A stretch of DNA of 64,000 bases from Chlorokybus atmophyticus (Eukaryota > Plantae > Mesostigma and Chlorokybus algae): contig RHPI01000008.1 in NCBI GenBank assembly GCA_009103225.1, positions 238,015 through 302,014 of the forward strand, in the 5' to 3' direction. Within the stretch, counting starts at the first letter, position 1. Every line of letters begins with the position of its first letter. Below the pieces are notes generated by a model that was not told the DNA's origin, made no database searches, and saw only the letters and a program-made list of their open reading frames with translations. The position numbers and the translations under genes were made by a program. Of the stretch, positions 53,927 through 64,000 are shown piece after piece.

Positions 53927-56900
53927 ATGGACTATTGGTGGGCGCAACAACAAATTGAGCAGTGTTGCCAGTTTTGCTGGTAGCGCCAGCATAACTGGTG
54001 AACACCTTACAGGGCTCAGTTGCCAGCAGGTTACGCCGTAGCCGCCGGCTCTGGCTTGCTCAGCAGCCGTCACCCTGTCACCCACAACGTAACTGCGATA
54101 CGTAAGCTACCTCTAGCTCGTGCCAGTTTTGCGATTGTGTGTGCTGTTGACAGTAAAAGCCAGTACTGACGCACACTAGTTACGCTGCTGGCCAAGCCAG
54201 CCACAAAATGGCGGGCTTGCACACAAGCAGCAGCACGTTGCCCAGTGCTGTGACAGGCGGCGGCGGAGGACGAGGAGGACGACGAGGAGCAGGAAAAGGA
54301 GGAGGAGCGAATGCACCGGCAGGTCAGGGCTCTCGTAAGCGTGTCACTGCTGCAACGAGTCTGGAAGGTTCTGACAGGGAGAGCTCTGCGTGCTCGCCGG
54401 CGCGGCAGGTGTGCTCTCTGTTGTGGATGGGACATGCTGCTGTTAGCCGCTTTGCTGAAACTTTTGCCTTAGCGCTTGCACTGGCATTACTTGCAAGGGA
54501 TGCGAGTGGTTCAAGCAGTGCTTTGCATGGTCGCGAACACTTGTTGCATCTGGTTTGAGGTGCTATGCACAGCGCTTACAAAGCCTTTGCGTTTACACTC
54601 GCATCAGTTCAAAAGGAAGCAAGTGCTATAAGCAGCGCTTTGCATGGTTGCGAACCACATGTCAGAGTCAGTCTTGCTGCATCTGGTTGATGGTGCCATG
54701 CACAGCGCTTAAAGCGTTAAAACTAGGATAAATAGTACGGATTGAGTTGCTGCTTTTGCTAAAGCATTTGCCAGCTGTTACCACCTGCTCTACTAAGCTC
54801 ATGGCTGCGCCATATTGCTGAACTATTCAAAAGCCATGCATGCAACCGTACTCCCTTTGTCAAACATGTTGGAAGCCACATTTTTTGCCAGCTTCTTGCA
54901 TGCGGAAGACGCACAAGTTTACCATGTATGCAAAGTGTAAGCAATCACCAGCCAACAGATTGCACGGACGGGCTCCGATAGCTACTTGCTGCCCATTGGT
55001 CATAGTCGACAATCTCACCTGCTCCATAAGGTGTTGCTATTTATACGAATTGCTTCCTTACAGACCAGTCCATGCCACTCCTGCTGACATGGCCCCAGGC
55101 CATGAGGCTCCCGTAATCCAGGAGCGCGAAGTCCCGGCCAGCTGGCAGGCGGAAGCGGCTCGCAACTGGGTGCCGGATGAGGTCGAGGACTGCGACGGGG
55201 ACGCTGCCTGCGGCTTCATTGATGCAGACATCCCCCCGCGCAAACATCCACGAGGCACGCAAATGACAAACATTCCCTTCACATTGCCAAGCTGCATTTC
55301 CACGTGTGCGCTTGTTGACTTTGCATGCCTCTTTGCAGTTGCTGAAGAGGCTGGCAGGATGGCGCAGGGCGGCGTGGTTGACTTGCTGCAGGAGGACGAT
55401 GCATGCGTTGACGATGACGGTTTCATATGGGAAGAAGAGGAGGCTAGCTTTACCTGTGCCGTGTGCAAGTGCGAGGCGGTGCCGCTGAAAGATGTGTACA
55501 CGCTGCCGGACTGCGCATGTCTCATATGCACGCCATGCATCAAGCGCTATGCCACAAGAATGCTCCAGGACGCGATAGCGCGGGCTGCCGCGCCCGCAGG
55601 CTCTTCGACCTTCGTTGATCTCACTGGCAATGAGTCACGGATATGCAAGTCATCCGCAGCGACTCGTACCGCCAACCTCGGCCTCATAAAGTGCCCCAGC
55701 CCTAAATGCCGTGCAAACATACCTGAGGCTGAGCTGCAGGTCAGTCCAGACTAACCCAACACTAATTTGTTGTGTTGTCGTATCTATGCGCGTCTCACGT
55801 TGCCAGCTTGTGGTTGTGGCATGCTTGCTCATCTTCCCTATTGTGCTTGATTGCAGCAGTGCTTCAACACCACCACTTTTTGTTGCACAGAGGTTGTTGC
55901 CGAGGACATATGCAAAGTGGTGTGATGCCGCAACAGAGGCTCTGCTCTCCCGTGCGGCAAACTTTAGCAGCAACGCTGGCATGGACAGCGACAGCGATAG
56001 CGAGACAGACGTCCCTGTCGGTTTGTACGTGCGCTGCCCAAACACTGCATGCAGGTGAGGTTTACACATTCACACACAGTATCCAGTGAGTACAAGTCAT
56101 TGTTGATACTGATCTGGCTTCTATTTAAGGGTGCCAATAGAGATGTGTGCCGGCGAGGCGCCTGCTCCCCCACCTGTGCCATCAACATCTTCCTGCGGCG
56201 TCCATGAACGGGCCGCGGCCGCCGCCATGCATCGTGCGAAGCATCGCTACAGCTGCCGAGCCTGCCGCCTCGACTTCTGCGGACAGTGCATTGCTTCTCC
56301 ATACCATGAAGGGCTCATGTGCGCTGAGGTAGATGCTGTCAACACTTGAGTGTTCATTAGTAAAGCATCACACCGAAGCTTTCGCAGCAGTGCTTGACAT
56401 GCGCGCTGTCAACAAGTTTGTGTCTTGTGTGTGCATGTGTGAGACTAGATGCGCTTGTGGCTTCACATGTGTTCGCGCTTTTATTAGGTCTTGCATGGTA
56501 TATTCTCTGAATTGGTTAGTTGTGCAGCACAAGTTCCGGCAAACAGCGCCCAAGTGTCGGTACTGTGGCAACCCTGTGATGGGCCCCGGGCGGGGGCTTG
56601 AGGAGGAGAACAAGGTGGCCAACATGCGTGTACGCGCGCTGAAGAAGTGGCTCAAAGACGAGAGAGTCGAATACAAATGGTGCGTGGAGCTCGCGGAGTT
56701 GCGCGCTGTCGCTTGGCGTGCGCTTCACGAGTGTTGCACCAGCGAAGAGTGCTTGCAAGTAAGGCGAGAGGCGTGCACGCGCACACTGGCTTGCGAACAT
56801 AACTGCGGCGGCTGCGCTGGCGAGAGCAGCTGTCCTCCCTGCCTACAGGTGACTCAGTTTGCTACTAGTGCTTTGGGTGTTGGATGTTGGGTGTTGGACC

Positions 56901-58118
56901 AATCTTCCTAGCTGATGATTTCTTTGTGATGACTCCACACACGTTGATTATGGATGCACAAAACAGGAGGGTTGCAGGAAGGAGGGCATGCCCAAAGATG
57001 ACGAATGGTGTGCAATATGTGCTGTTGACGAGCTGCATGAGAGGCCCTATGTGCGTCTACCCTGTGGCCATTTCGTGCATTTTGAGTGCGCCAAGCAGAA
57101 GCTTTCCAAAGGCTACCCAGGTACAGGACTGGTCATCTCGTTGTATGTCGGTTTCTTGTATGTTGTGTCTGTGATTTTGTGACCGATTTGTGGTGGCAAA
57201 ATCAGGCCCCGCTATCAGCTTTCGCTACATGGAATGCCCGGTTTGCCCGCAAGTCATGGATCATCCGCTACTGGAGACAGCCATGAAGCAGCCGCGTGCG
57301 TTGCTGGAGGAGGTCAGCAACTACTATGTGCATGCTCTACTGCCCATGCTATAAGCGAATCGCAGGCAATGATGGCTTTGTACGGTGACACACATGAGCG
57401 AAACTCGCTTATGAAACCTGCCAGGTGCGCAAGCGAGCATTGCGGAGAGTAAAAGCGGATACGCGGCGTGTGAAAGCGGATGAGTTGCAGCCTGGAGGAC
57501 GGTTTGATGGCCGTCCAGCCGACTACGCTCTCAGCGTGTACACCTACTACATCTGCCACAGCTGCCAAAAACCGTACTTTGGTGAGTGAGGGTGGCTGCT
57601 TCAGACCATGTAGCACAATGCACAGCTGAGCAACTTTGAAGATGTTTTGTATTATGTCTGTGAGAGACATGTTGGTCACGTGCTCAATACAGGTGGTGAG
57701 AGGGCGTGCGGTGAAGCTGTTCAAGATATGGACGGTTTTGACGCAAAGGAGCTGATGTGCGGAGTTTGTAGTGCACCCGGCACGGCGTGCAAGCGCGGAC
57801 ATGGCGCAGATTATATAGAGTACAAATGCAGGTAAGGTGGCAACAGACGGGGCAACTCATATCCCAATGCAGCAGCCTCCGTTGCTGTGCTTATTCAATT
57901 GGCTGTGCTTCAGGCATTGTTGTTCGACGGCGACCTTCTTTTGTTTCGGCACGTCACACTTCTGCAACGCGTGCCACAGGAACATATCCAGAACCCAGCA
58001 CCAAACCTGCGCTGGAGGGAGGCACTGCCCCTTGCGAATACCTGCAGAGAGGCACCCCAAGATTGGCGAAGAGCATTGTCTCGGCTGCGCGCTGTGCCGG
58101 TACGCCGATGAAGACTAA
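53927..58118 (+). CDS. Hybrid E3 ubiquitin ligase: RGG-rich N-terminus, RBR-type RING1, IBR, helix-extension-helix and B-box-like region, then MYCBP2-type RING-H2 and tandem-cysteine (RING-Cys-relay) domain
   Basis: The exon chain keeps frame from ATG 53927 (5' exons inferred) to TAA 58118. RING1: CAVC...LPDCACLICTPC...KCPSPKC. IBR: VRCPNTAC...SCRACRLDFCGQCIASPYHEGLMC. Pre-RING: ACTRTLACEHNCGGCAGESSCPPCL. RING-H2: CAIC...LPCGHFVHFEC...GPAISFRYMECPVC. Tandem-Cys domain: YYICHSCQKPYFGGERAC...KELMCGVC...[32 protein letters not shown]...HPKIGEEHCLGCALC. Confidence 0.88.
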
Positions 58119-58967
58119 TGAAGACCATTGAAGATTATTCCTTCCAGTGTATAGCAACCCCTTTTGCTGCTTGCCACCTTTTCATGCATGTCTATATGTG
58201 GCCACCTGGTTGGTTGACAACCTGTCCGACCTCACTCGTTGTCATGTGGTATACAGCATAGTACAAGTGTCTAGACTCTGCTGTGGTGGTGTCAATACAT
58301 CATTTTCAACACTGCCTGAAGTGTTCAAGGTGAGTGGCGTCTGTATGTACAGGACAAGCGCGAGGCTGTTATCATGTGTGCAGCGTGTTATCATCTTAGT
58401 GTACATAAGATGGTAGGCTGGCATATGCGTATGTGTATAACATATGCGATGCAGGAAGTTGTGACATGCATGAGAGTGTGAGACATGCAACACAAGCAAC
58501 AACCCACAGCCAAGTACTTAGATTTACCACCGGTCTGCCAGCCAACTGTACTAGCGTGCCCACGCACCAATCATTTCCTGTTTGGTTCGTTCTGATTGCT
58601 ACACACCTTACAATGACGACATGCTGCGGTGCTCTGCACCATCTGCACAGCATGCCTGCACTCAGACAACCTGAAAATTACAGTCTCCAATTGGCATTGC
58701 ATTAATGCCACGACAGGGATACAACAACTTGCTACTGCCTTTGCTAGCAATATGCGAGCAAAGGGCCTTCTTAAAGCACCCTTCCTGAAGTTTTTGGCGA
58801 CATGCAAAGCATGTTGGCTGCTATGTATTGAATGTCTAGAATGATACCTTTGCAACTGTTGCTGTCAGAGAGTCTCACTGCTGCATGTGCCACTAGATGC
58901 GTGCATGTGCGCTGAATTGTGCAGCATGGAGCTACCTGTACCTGTGTTACAGCCCACGAGCTGGCAC

Positions 58968-61850
58968 TTAACTAGTCACTGGGGAGCTGTGTTGCAGCTG
59001 CATGTCGATGACAGCCTGCACGAAAGTGTTCTGCGAGCTGCTCAGCAAGCCATTTGCAAGGAAACGCTTCTGGCGCCTCACGCGTGCACGCATCAATCGC
59101 TGCTGGATGTGTGCAGACTCTTTGTCATCATCCGAGGGCGCAGTGAAAGGGTCAAAGGCACCGGAAGATGTTGTCGTGCTTTGCGAAGAAGAAGGGCTGT
59201 TGAACTCCAGTTGGCGCACAGCAGACCCAGCAAGCTGGTTGATTGCGTGTGGGCCGTATGTGTTTGGCACTTCCATAGTTGATCCTGTTGTCGGTGTGAG
59301 TGTGACTGTGTGAGTAATTTGACATTGGTGTTGGACGCGAACTAGCAGTTGGTACACCTGCAGCTGTTTAAGTTCGTACCGGCAGATGCAGACATAGAGG
59401 GCTTGTGCTTTTTGGCAGAGCCTTGGTGCTTGGGTGAGCAAGGGCTGTTGGCGTGTGCGTCATCAGGTAGCTCAAAAGAGACCTTGCGACGAGCTACAGC
59501 TTTGAGTGAAGCGGAAGTAACGGGTGCTGAAGCAGTCTGCGTCTCCTCTGTAAGCGTTGCCCCGCCTTGCAGTCGTCTGTCATGACCGGTATTGTCCTTG
59601 TCTTCCTTGGCTTGAGACTTCCGCCTGTTGACTGGCTTTGAGCGCTTTGCAGCTTCAACCTCCGCAAACCTGCATTGCACAATTGCCTTACAGTTTAGTG
59701 CATTTACCACGCACACACGGCGCTCCAACGCTGACAAAGCACTTGCACTGCAGATGGTACACAAATGGTTACAGGTGTTTGCTGCGAAGCCACTTTGCAG
59801 CCAATGGTGACAGAGAGACTCGTACCCGCTAGTGCAAGTGCATACCTTGCGGGCGTTTTCAGTTGCCGTGCGCTTTTCCGTTGTGCAATGGGGGGGCTAC
59901 GTGTGGCTGTACGTCCAGTGCTGCGTGATTTACAAGCGGGCTTTGGCAGGTGGCCAGCTTGAACTTCACAGTCTGACAGGGTAGCTTGTAACTGACTGTC
60001 ACCAACTGGATGACAAACAGGAGCCACGATTGCTTGGTGGTTGTCAGGTTGGTCTTCAACTAGGAGAGCAGCTCGCGGCTGCGGCTGCGGCTCTGTGTTA
60101 GCCGCTGCCCTAGTGACGTTGGCATCCAACACGACGCGAGACAGGTTTTGCAGCTCCAAAGTTACACCAGCTGTTGCAGAGCTCAGCAGTTGTGGAAGCT
60201 CCTGCAGGACTCGCTCAGACACTTTTACCGATGGTTGCCGGGTTGCAAACAATATGACTGGCAGGTTAAACACACTTGATAAACTTGAACGTGCAGCACG
60301 GAGAGAGTGCTTACTCGAGCATTTTCTCGTACACGAGCACTGTGTTCGCTGAGCATCTGAAACATGGCAGCACGCAGTGCACCAATGCTCGAGTCCTGTT
60401 GACGAACCTGCACAGCAAGGACCAGAGCAAGCGTTGTCTCGTGGCTGGACGTGCATCAGCAGACACACGGGATACGTACCACAGTAAGAGACATGTTGAC
60501 AAGCTTGGTGGTCTCTTTGTGATGTTCACTCATCACTGCGCAAACAGCTTGCTCAGTAACAAGCCATGCAGAATGTACATGCCCTGTACTGTAGGGCCGT
60601 TGCTTACAGCACAGCAGCACTGCGTGGCTTGGCTGTCAAGATACATTGAACCAGCCTGCTTGACAAGCAATGCTGGTCTTACGTGCAGGAATTGCTTCTC
60701 TGCAGTTAGAATTGATGTTGTGCACTCCTTGCTGTAGTTGCTCCAGAGCACTTGTCATCTTGGTGAACCCCTCTCGCAGTTCATCAATTCGGCGATCCAT
60801 ACCTGACATGATCAATCAAGAACCAGATGTCACGGTCACGAGTTGTGTTGGACATGGTCACAGTGAGTAGGCATTCAACAGTGACAAGGGTGAACCTTCC
60901 AGGCGCACTTTCAGCTCTGCATGGAAACTTGTAATATCTTCGCCAGTTGTAGCAGCGGGAGTCTGTGACAAAGTAATGGCGCTTCCGCTTGTCTGAGATG
61001 GACGATCTCTGGGTGTCGCGTCTGCCTGAACATACTGTGAAGGTCCGTATACCTCAGCTGGTGGTCCCATGAGCTCCTCCTGTACACATGCACATAGATC
61101 CCTCTCACTGCCTCGCTCTCACACAGACACATGCGCGCGCACACACACAAAGTGCAGACATGACAATGGCATCGATGTTTCTCAACCAGTTGTTAGGTGG
61201 CTCGCCAGCCAGTGGCTGCCGTGTGGCACCTGTGTGTCGTAACGCTGCTCTTCTTGCTGGTAAGGCTGTGAGGCGGTGTGAGCATCTTGACTGCCATGAT
61301 AACTGGCATGGTGGGAATAGCTGGGGGTTGGAAGCTGCCGTCGGTACCCCACTGGAACGTATGGAGAAGGCAGGGGCCTTCTAGCGCGAACAGCCACCGG
61401 GGGACCTTGGAAGCTCCTGCAAAGCAACGCGCTTGCTTAGCAACAACACAGAGACCACTTAACCTGTTTCAAGGAGCATAGTGTTGCACTGAAAGCTATC
61501 GTCACATCGCAAACAGTGCACTGAGATCCCAGATAATTTGTCTTAGTCGTGCTAGTGAGTGGCAGCAGCCTCATGCTATGCTCAGCGAGCAACCGGCTGT
61601 TGCTCGCTACTGCAAGCTAGCAGTAGCAAGCACCAACTTGGTCTAAGAATGGCCTAAAAACGGCAGTCAACGTGGTATGTTTTCAGGATATACACTGACA
61701 GAAAGTCTTGCAACTCACCTGAAGCCATCAGGTGCGCTGATGGGTCTCGGCTGGCTGACATTCACCAACGGCAGCTCCCCTTGATGGGCTGGGTGCGGTG
61801 GTCTGCTGACTCGCCTCATGTCTACTTGTGATAGCTTGCGCCTTGCTTTC
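58968..61850 (-). CDS. Coiled-coil plus disordered protein resembling meiotic PRD3/PAIR1 (Mer2/IHO1 family); 5' end unresolved
   Basis: Frame-consistent exons give a Ser/Gln/Pro-rich N-region, then MDRRIDELREGFTKMTSALEQLQQGVHNINSNCRE...TVVRQQDSSIGALR (coiled coil), a long disordered region, and C-terminal FDPF...SDDDKESAHIQQRLMRARVRRQKRF. TAA at 58968. Similarity to plant PRD3 is judged from memory only. Confidence 0.5.
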
Positions 61851-63309
61851 TCGCATGCACATACATGCCAACTGAGCAGCCTCCCCTTCTTCGTTTGTCA
61901 GCTCCAAACTGCAAACCTGCAGGTTCAAGTTCCAGCACTCAACTCTAGCATGCAAGCTTGAGGGGAAGCTCGACAAGTGTTGCGCCGTTCTTGCTACCAG
62001 GACGGCAACCAAGACTACACATGAGCAAACAATCAAGATCGCTTCCTGGGACGCCGCCTGGTCACCGCAACCGCCACTTGCAGCTGCTCACCATAGCTTG
62101 CTCTTCCTCCATGCTTGCATGCACTGAGCTGGATTGGGGCTTGCGGAAGTGACCGGCAGCGAGAGACACTGTTTTGGCCGAGACACGACGCTACGTAGCT
62201 TGCCTGAGAGTGGTGCAAGCTTCGGCCGCAATGTCAGCCACGCCTTTTCAATGTCCGGCAGACCTCTGGTTGCACAGTGCAACAGGTCGTGCACTCGCAA
62301 CGACTACCGGTAGCAGCCTGGTAGCAGGCACTGTCATGTGCCAAACTCAAAGTGAGTTTGCATGCTGCCCATGTGCTGCCATGCCACAAAGTTTATGTGC
62401 TACTCATTGTAAATAGCATAAACAATTTGAGCTGACATGTTCATTGACCATGTATAATGTTGTTACAAACAAACACATGGACTATAATGATATGTTTATA
62501 AGTAGTAGTAGGTGTCTCATCAGCGTACCACCCGGATGAAAGCCCATATCCATCATCCAAAAGGGATTTTATACGCCCGCCGTGGGGTGGGGGGTGGGTC
62601 AGATGTATCATGTAAATATCGACTTGCAATGTTGAAGCCTTCAACAATCGGTCATCCAGCACGTGTGTTATATGGTATAACACGTGTGGCTGATGACGCA
62701 ATGCTACAATTGTTCGGGTTTAAGATTATGCGATGGCGTTTATACTATATGCACCCTACCACACTCACGTGCAAAAGGTACCGATGTGAATGTGGTTACC
62801 ATCCCTTTCCATCAATATGCGAGATTGCGCAAAACAATATATGAAATTAAGATCTTAAACACAATTCATTAATAAAACATTGCGTAACTTTCAACACAAG
62901 TGGTGTTTGTTAATTGTAGCGTACAAAATATTGCATGATTAGTATTACACCTTGTTATTGCCTGATCTGTGTATGTGCCAGCGTGTAGAGTGCATGCTGC
63001 GCTGATAGTTTGTTATTGATAACCCAAAGCAGCTAGGGTAGTATTGTGAGGGTGCACATGTGTCTGCAAGTGCCTTTGCAGGTGGTTACATGGCAATCGC
63101 ATCGTAGTTGCAACCAACCTGATGTCTTTTTGCGATGTCTCAAGTCCTAAGTTCAAGAGTTAGTATAGCGTTGCCTTGGCCCCACCTTTATTTCATTGTT
63201 GCTGTGTTGGTGCTTGCACAAAGCCTGCATGGTGGTGGTTTCTTTGACTTGAGTGTGCTGCTAGCAACTCCATTGTTGTTTATGGCACATGGCATTGCAC
63301 TTCATGCAG

Positions 63310-63730
63310 TTGCCTATCCTGGGCCGGGAGGGACCACTTGCAAAATTCCGTCCTTGGGGTTGCCTCACGCAAAGCTGGGAGGGACCACTTGCGCCGAAGC
63401 GAATGCAGCGAATGCCGTCAATAGCGGCAATGGCGGCGGTAATGGCGGCGGGCGGCGCAGCGGCGCTTGCAGCATGCCAGCCACCCAGGCCACCTATGCT
63501 ATGCGGCAACAGGGGGGGTCGTGCAGGAAGCAGCAGCAGCAGCAGCCGAAGCTACCCCACCGCCTGCTGGAGAAGGAGCAAGCCGTGGGTGGGTCAGCTG
63601 CCGCCTGGCTGGCCCGCTGTGCGGCGCAGCAACAAGAGCAGGCGACACAGCACAAAGTGCACCGCCGCAGCTTCCACCGCCGCTGGCAGCTACACCGCGG
63701 CCGGCAGAGGTCCTCGTGAGCTGATCCTCA
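63310..63730 (+). CDS. Possible exon of an unidentified low-complexity (Gly/Gln/Ala-rich) protein continuing beyond the window
   Basis: GC-rich open frames follow a CTTCATGCAG acceptor-like site. The 16-mer GGGAGGGACCACTTGC occurs twice. The reading frame is ambiguous. Confidence 0.2.
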
Positions 63731-64000
63731 TACCGCAAGGCTGGGTGGAGGTGTTCTGGGACTGGCTGGATGTCGCCGCCATGGCTGGTGCAATGCTTGG
63801 GTCGCTCATGGCGCTAATAACTCGCCAGGTAGAGTGTCATGTTAGGCAACCAGTGCGAACCGTGGCCATGACCACCTCGTCGTGGTGTTGGTTGTTTGCT
63901 TGGCTCTTCATGCAGGCATGCGGTTGGTGCGTTGAGCAAAAATTTGGCAAATCAAAGCATCAATTGAATCAGAAAGGCCGCGGGTTTGACCATCAATGTC

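Noticed and set aside
54257-54322. Acidic reading AAAEDEEDDEEQEKEEE for this E3 exon
   Set aside because: That frame leads to a stop in the 55.06-kb exon; only the RGG-rich frame joins through to the RING1 exon.
1-64000. CRISPR arrays, rRNA, tRNA genes, prokaryotic operons
   Set aside because: None seen; the repeats present are tandem duplications, LTRs or microsatellites without a repeat-spacer structure.

Overview
Eukaryotic nuclear DNA, intron-dense and read in the standard genetic code. It most likely comes from a photosynthetic, flagellate green-lineage alga, possibly an early-diverging streptophyte; this is inferred from PLGG1, an axonemal dynein light-chain domain protein, and SCI1-like and PRD3-like genes. 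Most ORF-track entries are spurious because the real genes are split into short exons, which I assembled by hand from splice sites. Layout: 1-5 kb LTR-retrotransposon remnants (gag with two zinc knuckles, integrase tail). 7-12.4 kb a divergent SCI1-like / zinc alcohol-dehydrogenase gene pair. 15.9-27.9 kb a decayed chromovirus-type Ty3/Gypsy element carrying insertions of a small TRIM family, including a TSD-flanked mirror-image TRIM dimer. 29.9 kb an assembly gap. 32-35 kb a class-3 lipase pseudogene. 40-62 kb a gene-dense block: axonemal dynein light-chain-domain protein, PLGG1, an M20 peptidase with duplicated terminal exons, a hybrid RING1-IBR plus MYCBP2-type RING-Cys-relay (RCR) E3 ligase, and a probable PRD3/PAIR1 meiotic protein. 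The most striking item is the RBR/RCR hybrid E3, whose two relay cysteines are intact. All homology calls rest on motif recognition from memory; no database search was run.
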